From NCBI GenBank assembly GCA_004764695.1, contig SMSO01000032.1, positions 2,356,001 to 2,420,000 on the forward strand: DNA of 64,000 bases, written 5' to 3'. This document shows positions 58,204 to 64,000 of the stretch, piece by piece (position 1 is the stretch's first letter; each line of letters starts with the position of its first letter). A program made the translations under genes and the position numbers. Source of the DNA: Schizochytrium sp. TIO01. Its lineage: Eukaryota; Protista; Bigyra: Labyrinthulomycetes. The notes under the pieces were generated by a model. It was not told where the DNA came from, did no database searches, and was given only the letters and a program-made list of their open reading frames with translations.

Positions 58204-58556
58204 ACTTGTCGAATGCCATTTGAACACGAAAACTACAGTTCAATATTAACAACTGATGCTAATTGATGTTTTCTTTCAAAGGCCTCTTTAAGTACAACAC
58301 TTGACGTAGCAGTTAATTAGTTCAACAATATTATAACAACAAAACATAACTTTTTAATTTTTAGGAGCGAAGAAGCAGCCAGAATGCTACATGCAAGGCT
58401 CACCCTTTTAAGCATAGCAAACGATGGAAGAAACACAAAAAACAAAAGAAGGAACGTGGCAACTGTGTAAACTGCAACAGAAGCCATAGCAATCAATGAA
58501 TGCAAAAACGTTCTCTAAAGAAAGACTGTCGCTCGCATGCATCACTGTAAGACCAT

Positions 58557-61500
58557 TTATGCAATGACTTTGCCAGTGAAGCCCCGTGGCTTATCCCATG
58601 TTGTTTCTCCGGTGTCAGCATTGTAGTAGTAGATATCGCCAGAATCATCGTCACGGTAAGCCTCCCACTTCTCCTTTTTGGGAGGAGGTGCAGCAGGCTT
58701 AGGCGCAGCAGCAGCCTTGTTGGACCGTGCAGTGACCCAAGGAGGAGGAGCAGCGCTACTGCCGCCACCAGGACGTCCCTTCGATGCGCTGTTGCTTTGC
58801 GCTTCCATACGAGCAGCAAAGGAGGCGCCACCCATAGCGGCATTACGTGCTCCAAAGTTCAGTGCGTCTGATTCTTTGTCTCGTTTAGCCTTTTCGTCAC
58901 GGCGCTTTGCCTTCTTGGCCTCAAGTCGTTTTTCACGATCCTCGCGACGTTGGGCGTCTCGACGCTGAGCATTCTGACGGCGTAATTCAAAGAGCTCCTG
59001 ACGCTCTGCCTCGCGTTTAGCATGGCGTTCAGCCTGGGCAGCTTGGATCTCTCGAAGCTTACGTCCAGCAACACCAAGTGGAACCTGCACGACAAGCTTG
59101 CCTCCACTAGGACGAAGACTCATCTCAGAGATGTTTTCGTTCCTGTGGAATTCAATGGGGCCCTTGGGGGTATTACTTAGACTGGGTACGGTAGCTTGAC
59201 GCAGGTACCACAGGTTGTCGAAATTGACTTCTAGTTTGTACCGCTTAGGGTTCGCCCGTTTCGGCTTTACGATAGGAGCCGCAAGTTTTTCCACATACGC
59301 AGCTGGGAAAAGACCCTCGTGTCCACGGTATCTACCAAGCCACCAGTCGCTGTGGGCAGTATCCAAAAGCTCAACCTTATCACCTTCCTTGAGATCAAGC
59401 TCACCTTCCTCAGTCGCAGTAAAGTCATAAAGAGCACGAGCCATTGGTTTATCCTGAGGAGTGACTGCCTGAGACTTAATAGCCTCACGATCAAGCTTAT
59501 TCATCTGAGCAGCTCCACCCTTGGCCAGTGTGACAAGGTTGCGAAGCATAGCGACAATTTCGGCCTTCTTTTCAGTCATTACAACAACGTCTTCACGCAT
59601 CTCCACAGATACCGTGCCAGGAACGCTTGAGTGAACTTCGACAGGAGTGTAAAAACCGCGGTCGGGCAGAGGAATCTTTTCTGGAGCCATGACTTCCTTC
59701 ACGTAAACGCCACCTCCATAATTGCATTGATGCTTTGATGCTCCAAAGAAGGAAAATGGTTGCTGTGTCTCCTGGCAGCGCTTTACCTTTTTCTTTTCCA
59801 CAAAATTATCCTTGATGGGCTTTTTTAAGCTTCTCCTGTGGTGTGCACTGAATGGCAACAAGATCATCAGCTTCAAGACTAAGCAAAACGCTCTCAATGT
59901 TCTTGAGTGATGTGCGGCGCCTCAAATAAAGTTCATATGGGCCATTTGTAGGCCGAGCACCACGGCTCGTTTGTGTAGATCTTGTCTGGCCTGACTTGGG
60001 CTGCCAATAAGCAATATACATGGCCGAGTCAGTGAGCACAAAAACAACAGGCTCAAACCGACCGTGTGCATTCAAGCGCATGAGCTGCTCTGTATACTGT
60101 AGACGCTCCTTCTTGAGCTCACCCGATTGAAACCAGTCAAGCAAGTTACCGATTGCTTCAAGCAAAGTCTTATCCTTGATATAGAAGGCATAATAATTCC
60201 TCAATAAATCAGCAGGAGTTGCCTCCTTGCCACGTTCTTGCCAAAGATCGGACATCTCGGAGCGCAGGGACACGAGGTCGCGACGGTTAGCATAACGGCG
60301 CCACAAATGCTGAATTTTAATTGCTTGCTCACCAACCAAAGATTTACGAAGTTCTTGAAGTTTAAAGAATGTCTCTGGGGTCTTGATAAAGACCATGGTG
60401 CGTCCGAGCTGTGCCTCGCCCGCTTTGGTAAGCTCAGGTACACGTTGAGCAGCGACATCAAGAATTGCGGCAGCAATATCATAATCCGAGCCATGAGCTA
60501 ACACGTATGGATCTATCATACCTGCACCAAGGACCTTGAAACGTGCAATGAATCGATCAAACTCCATACGCGTGGCGAAACCAGCGCGCCTGACTTTAAC
60601 ATTCTCAAGCAGACCGAGGTACATGACCTGGTATAAGACTCGGTCATGATCAAACAAACCAGCGCGCTTTTCATCGTTGGACTTGACGCATCGGACATAG
60701 TGCGGAGCACAATCCATGAGCGTGTAGACGAGGTCACCGCACTGACGCTTGATTTTATAACCTGCAGAGGTGGGCTGACGACGCTGGTCAAGATCTACCT
60801 TTTCAGGGTAAAGACCAGCTACGAACGCGTTGGTACTGCTCTGAGCCAAGAGTTGCAGATCCTGATTGAGTGTATCCTTGTTAGCTTCGACAAAACCTTC
60901 ACAGCTGTAGTTGACACGACCAGCATAATGAAGGATTGAAAACCCACCTCTAAATTTGGAAAAGTGAGCATGAGAGCTATGAAAGGTGTTGAGCTTCTCC
61001 AAAAACTTATCATCGGCGTTGCCAAGAGCATGTGCGGTCTTGATAGTATCATCAAGAATCGCAAAAACACCAGGTGGTTTCTTGGACTCGATAAGGTCAC
61101 AAACAACCTTGTTGTCAAAATAAGGGATTGCTTGCCACTGAATTCCTTCCGACGCGTAGGTTTCTTGCTCGAGCTTGATAGTTAGTTCAATAAAAATTTG
61201 CTGAAGCTTTTCGTTAACGTAATTGATGCAAAATTGCTCAAAGTGATTGCTCTCAAAGATTTCAAAACCATAGATATCTAGAACACCAATACTTAGCCCA
61301 TCGTTATCAGACACCTGCCTCGCCTCGCGACGAAGTGAGACACGGGTATTGTTGCCAGTATTTTCCAAGGCAGTATTGACCTTACCCACAAGGCGATCAA
61401 ACATTCGGCTGTAAAGGTCCTTAGCGAGCGCATCACGGGCTGCTTGAGCCTGCGTGGGATTCAAAGGCACTTGGTACGTCTCCAACTTGCCTCCAGGGGC

Positions 61501-62529
61501 CATGGTAGTCAATGTACGATATGTAAGTGCATAGGCAAGGGCATTGTAATCAACTTCGAGAAGCCCAGCAACAATATCAAGAGCACGCGAGTCGGCAATT
61601 TGACTGCCTTCTGCACCATCAACATTTGCAGCATAGAAATCCACATTACTAATGTGCATACAAACAGCAACTATGAGAAAGAAGTCAAATTGATCCTCCG
61701 GAAATAACCCAATTGTCTGCATAGAGTGCACAGTTTCTTGGAATTCTTTTGCATCATCAACGCGGCCACCATCATTGTCAATCTCGGATACACCAGAGAC
61801 TGCCAAAACACGGAATGCTTCTGGATCGGTGAGACCAAGGTTCGCTTGCACGTCTCGGGGAGCACCACGGCATAGCTGATAAAAGATGTGGAAGCTACGT
61901 TCACCAGGGCCAGGGTGCACTACACGCGACTTTTCCAGGAGGTAATTTGTGACAAATCCACCACGAGGAGTTCCACCATTAGCAAGATCGAACTTTAGCT
62001 CAAAGTATTTTCCAAAACGAGAGGAGTTGTTGTTTCGAAGGGTCATAGCATTGCCAAAAGCTTCAAGTGCCGGATTTGACTCCACGACGATCTGTTTAAC
62101 CTCAGTGACCTTGCGGTCTCCTGCACCGCTACCAGAGACTGCGGCGATATAGTTCATCACTTGCTTTGCAGCCTCTGTTTTACCTGCGCCAGATTCACCA
62201 GAAATGATAATACATTGTTTTTCCTCTTCAAGAAGCATGTTACGAAAGGAGGCCTCCGCGACAGCAAAAATATGTGGCGCAAGGTCAGCACGTACACCAT
62301 TCTCATACATCTTTATATACGGTGTATCATAAATGCGAAGCCATTCGAAAGGGTTACAGACAATAAGTACTTCACCAATGTATGTGTAAATCTCCTTCGC
62401 CCCGAAACGGGTTTCTAAGTTAGAGTAAATCGCTTCATTTTGCACATCCGAGAGCATGGTCATATCCTCGACACCGACCGTCTTGCGCTCCGTGATGGCC
62501 GCATTAGCGAATCCTCCGCTGCGAGGCAT
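58557..62529 (-). CDS. Class I myosin (motor, IQ, TH1 with FYVE-like and SH3 inserts, coiled coil, WW), interrupted by a +1 frameshift at ~59817-59829
   Basis: VGVEDMTML, GESGAGKTEAAK, LEAFGNAMTLRNNNSSRFGK, VMYLGLLENVKVRRAGF and MVFIKTPETFF. The second ORF has SH3 (ALYDF...WWLG...GLFPAAYV) and WW (WEAY...IYYYN..TGETTWDKP). Joined length is 1323 aa. Confidence 0.92.
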
Positions 62530-64000
62530 CTTTCTTTCCAAGGTGATGATTTGCAGAACTTCTCAACGAGGTGAATCCTTTACAAGATCACAAATGAGTT
62601 TCAAAATGATCTAGCAAGCCTTGCTAGACGACACGGCTGATAAGAGTATCGTCAACCCTGGTTTATTCAAGTTTTTCTTCGGCCAGTACGTGGGTAGGAA
62701 ATGCAGGAAGCTAAAATTTATGGCAACAACCTTCCCCTGATTCTCACAAACTCAAGCAAAATTGAATCGGTGTAAATATTTCCTAAAAGCTTGCAGGGCT
62801 CTCAGATTTACACGTGCTGCTATCCTTTGAAAAGGTTGCAACAAAACTCTAGCTAGACGTGAAGAGCTGGTGCTTGCTTGCCTCCCGCAAAGAAGGTCCA
62901 GGCAACTAGTTACCTAATCAAGTGCAAGAAACGCTTTGCAACTTGACAGCGAAGGGCTTTCTAGAAACGAGAAGAATCCCCTACGCGGGGATTACAAACG
63001 CCCAAAAAGGCGGACTCAAAGCCCAACAAGCCAAGTGCCTAGCCCGGCTTCGCAAGTCCCGCAAGTCGCAGCGACTTTAGTTGGGGTCTGGGCGTATGCA
63101 CAATGGACTCAGCTTTGTTGCTAAATATGCAGCAATTTAAGAGGACACTTTGCTCTAGTCCTGGCCTGGCCTCTGAGGGGTACTTTGCACGTCATTAATG
63201 CACACTTTTCCGCACACACGTAATAACTCTTTCTATACACTCCCCCGCTGGATATTGTCATATTAGAATAGTAGAGTTGAGCGCGTATTTTGTTGTGGCA
63301 CGATATAGAGGGATATATAAGGAGTTTGTGAGGGTGGGTGAAAGTTGTTCTAAGGGGGATGTGAGGAGGCAGGAAAAGAAGAGTCTGCACAAGGTTTCGT
63401 TGTATACCCCCCTGAACGCGCCTCCCGTAGATGGGTAGCAGGCACTCAGTAGCAACTACTACTAGAGCCTAGAGCCTAGATCCGTAGATTTTTTCTTTTC
63501 TTTCGTTAAAAAAGTTATAAAGGAACCATGTATCATCATGATAGTTTTGTTTTGAATTAAAACCTAATAATCAAAAATGAAAGAAAAAGGGTAAGTTAAA
63601 ATAGTAGGGAGTAGTAGGTAGAGGAGATAGCCAGAGTTTTTTATTCATTACGCGGATCTGTAAGCGGCTCTAAAGTTACGCATTGGTGTTTCGATGCCAA
63701 TCATGTGTATGCGAGGCAGGTGCTGGAAATTACAAGTTTCCAAGGCTTGCTCTTGCTCCTAAAAAGGCCCTGAAAAGTGATCTTTCAAGATCAACAAAGA
63801 CGCAAAAATGACGTGTGCACCACAGTTGATTCTTGATAATACGAACAAGAGGAAACCTTCCGTGAAGGGATCAAATACTGCGTCGATGGCAAGCAGGTAT
63901 TGATACCTCCTGAGGTTCTCTCCATCCAAGGCTGTGATAGTCTCATGGTCCTCAATGGATTCATTCTGCTATTGGAAACTAGCTAACAGATTGCAGCTTT

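Noticed and set aside
63700-64000. Possible gene fragment at the window end
   Set aside because: Only short open frames and no identifiable motif.

Overview
Eukaryotic, gene-dense, intron-poor nuclear DNA. Gene content, GT-AG introns and microsatellite-rich spacers suggest a stramenopile protist, possibly a thraustochytrid (inference only). It holds about 17 protein-coding genes: 5'-partial PP2A B55, a multi-pass membrane protein, a protein with a ZNHIT3/Hit1-like C-terminus, a 9-exon RI-type LRR protein missed by the ORF track, a UBA protein, DEPDC5/Iml1 with an 82-Q tract, a ZnT5/Msc2-like zinc transporter, MDP-1 phosphatase, a villin-headpiece protein, COQ4, R2R3-MYB, an MFS transporter, a CEP104-like protein, cytosolic TrpRS (1 intron), mitochondrial ferredoxin (2 introns) and two convergent myosins. 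Highlights: (1) a box C/D snoRNA (snR60/SNORD80-type, two LSU rRNA guides) hidden in the TrpRS intron; (2) an LRR gene built from symmetric phase-2 exon cassettes of one or two repeats each; (3) three long genes each broken by a single +1 frameshift near short homopolymers (recoding, or more likely assembly error); (4) a myosin I whose TH1 domain is split by a zinc-less FYVE-like insert and an SH3 insert; (5) a nested hairpin in a ferredoxin intron and a fold-back AT-rich element in the 10 kb spacer upstream of MYB.
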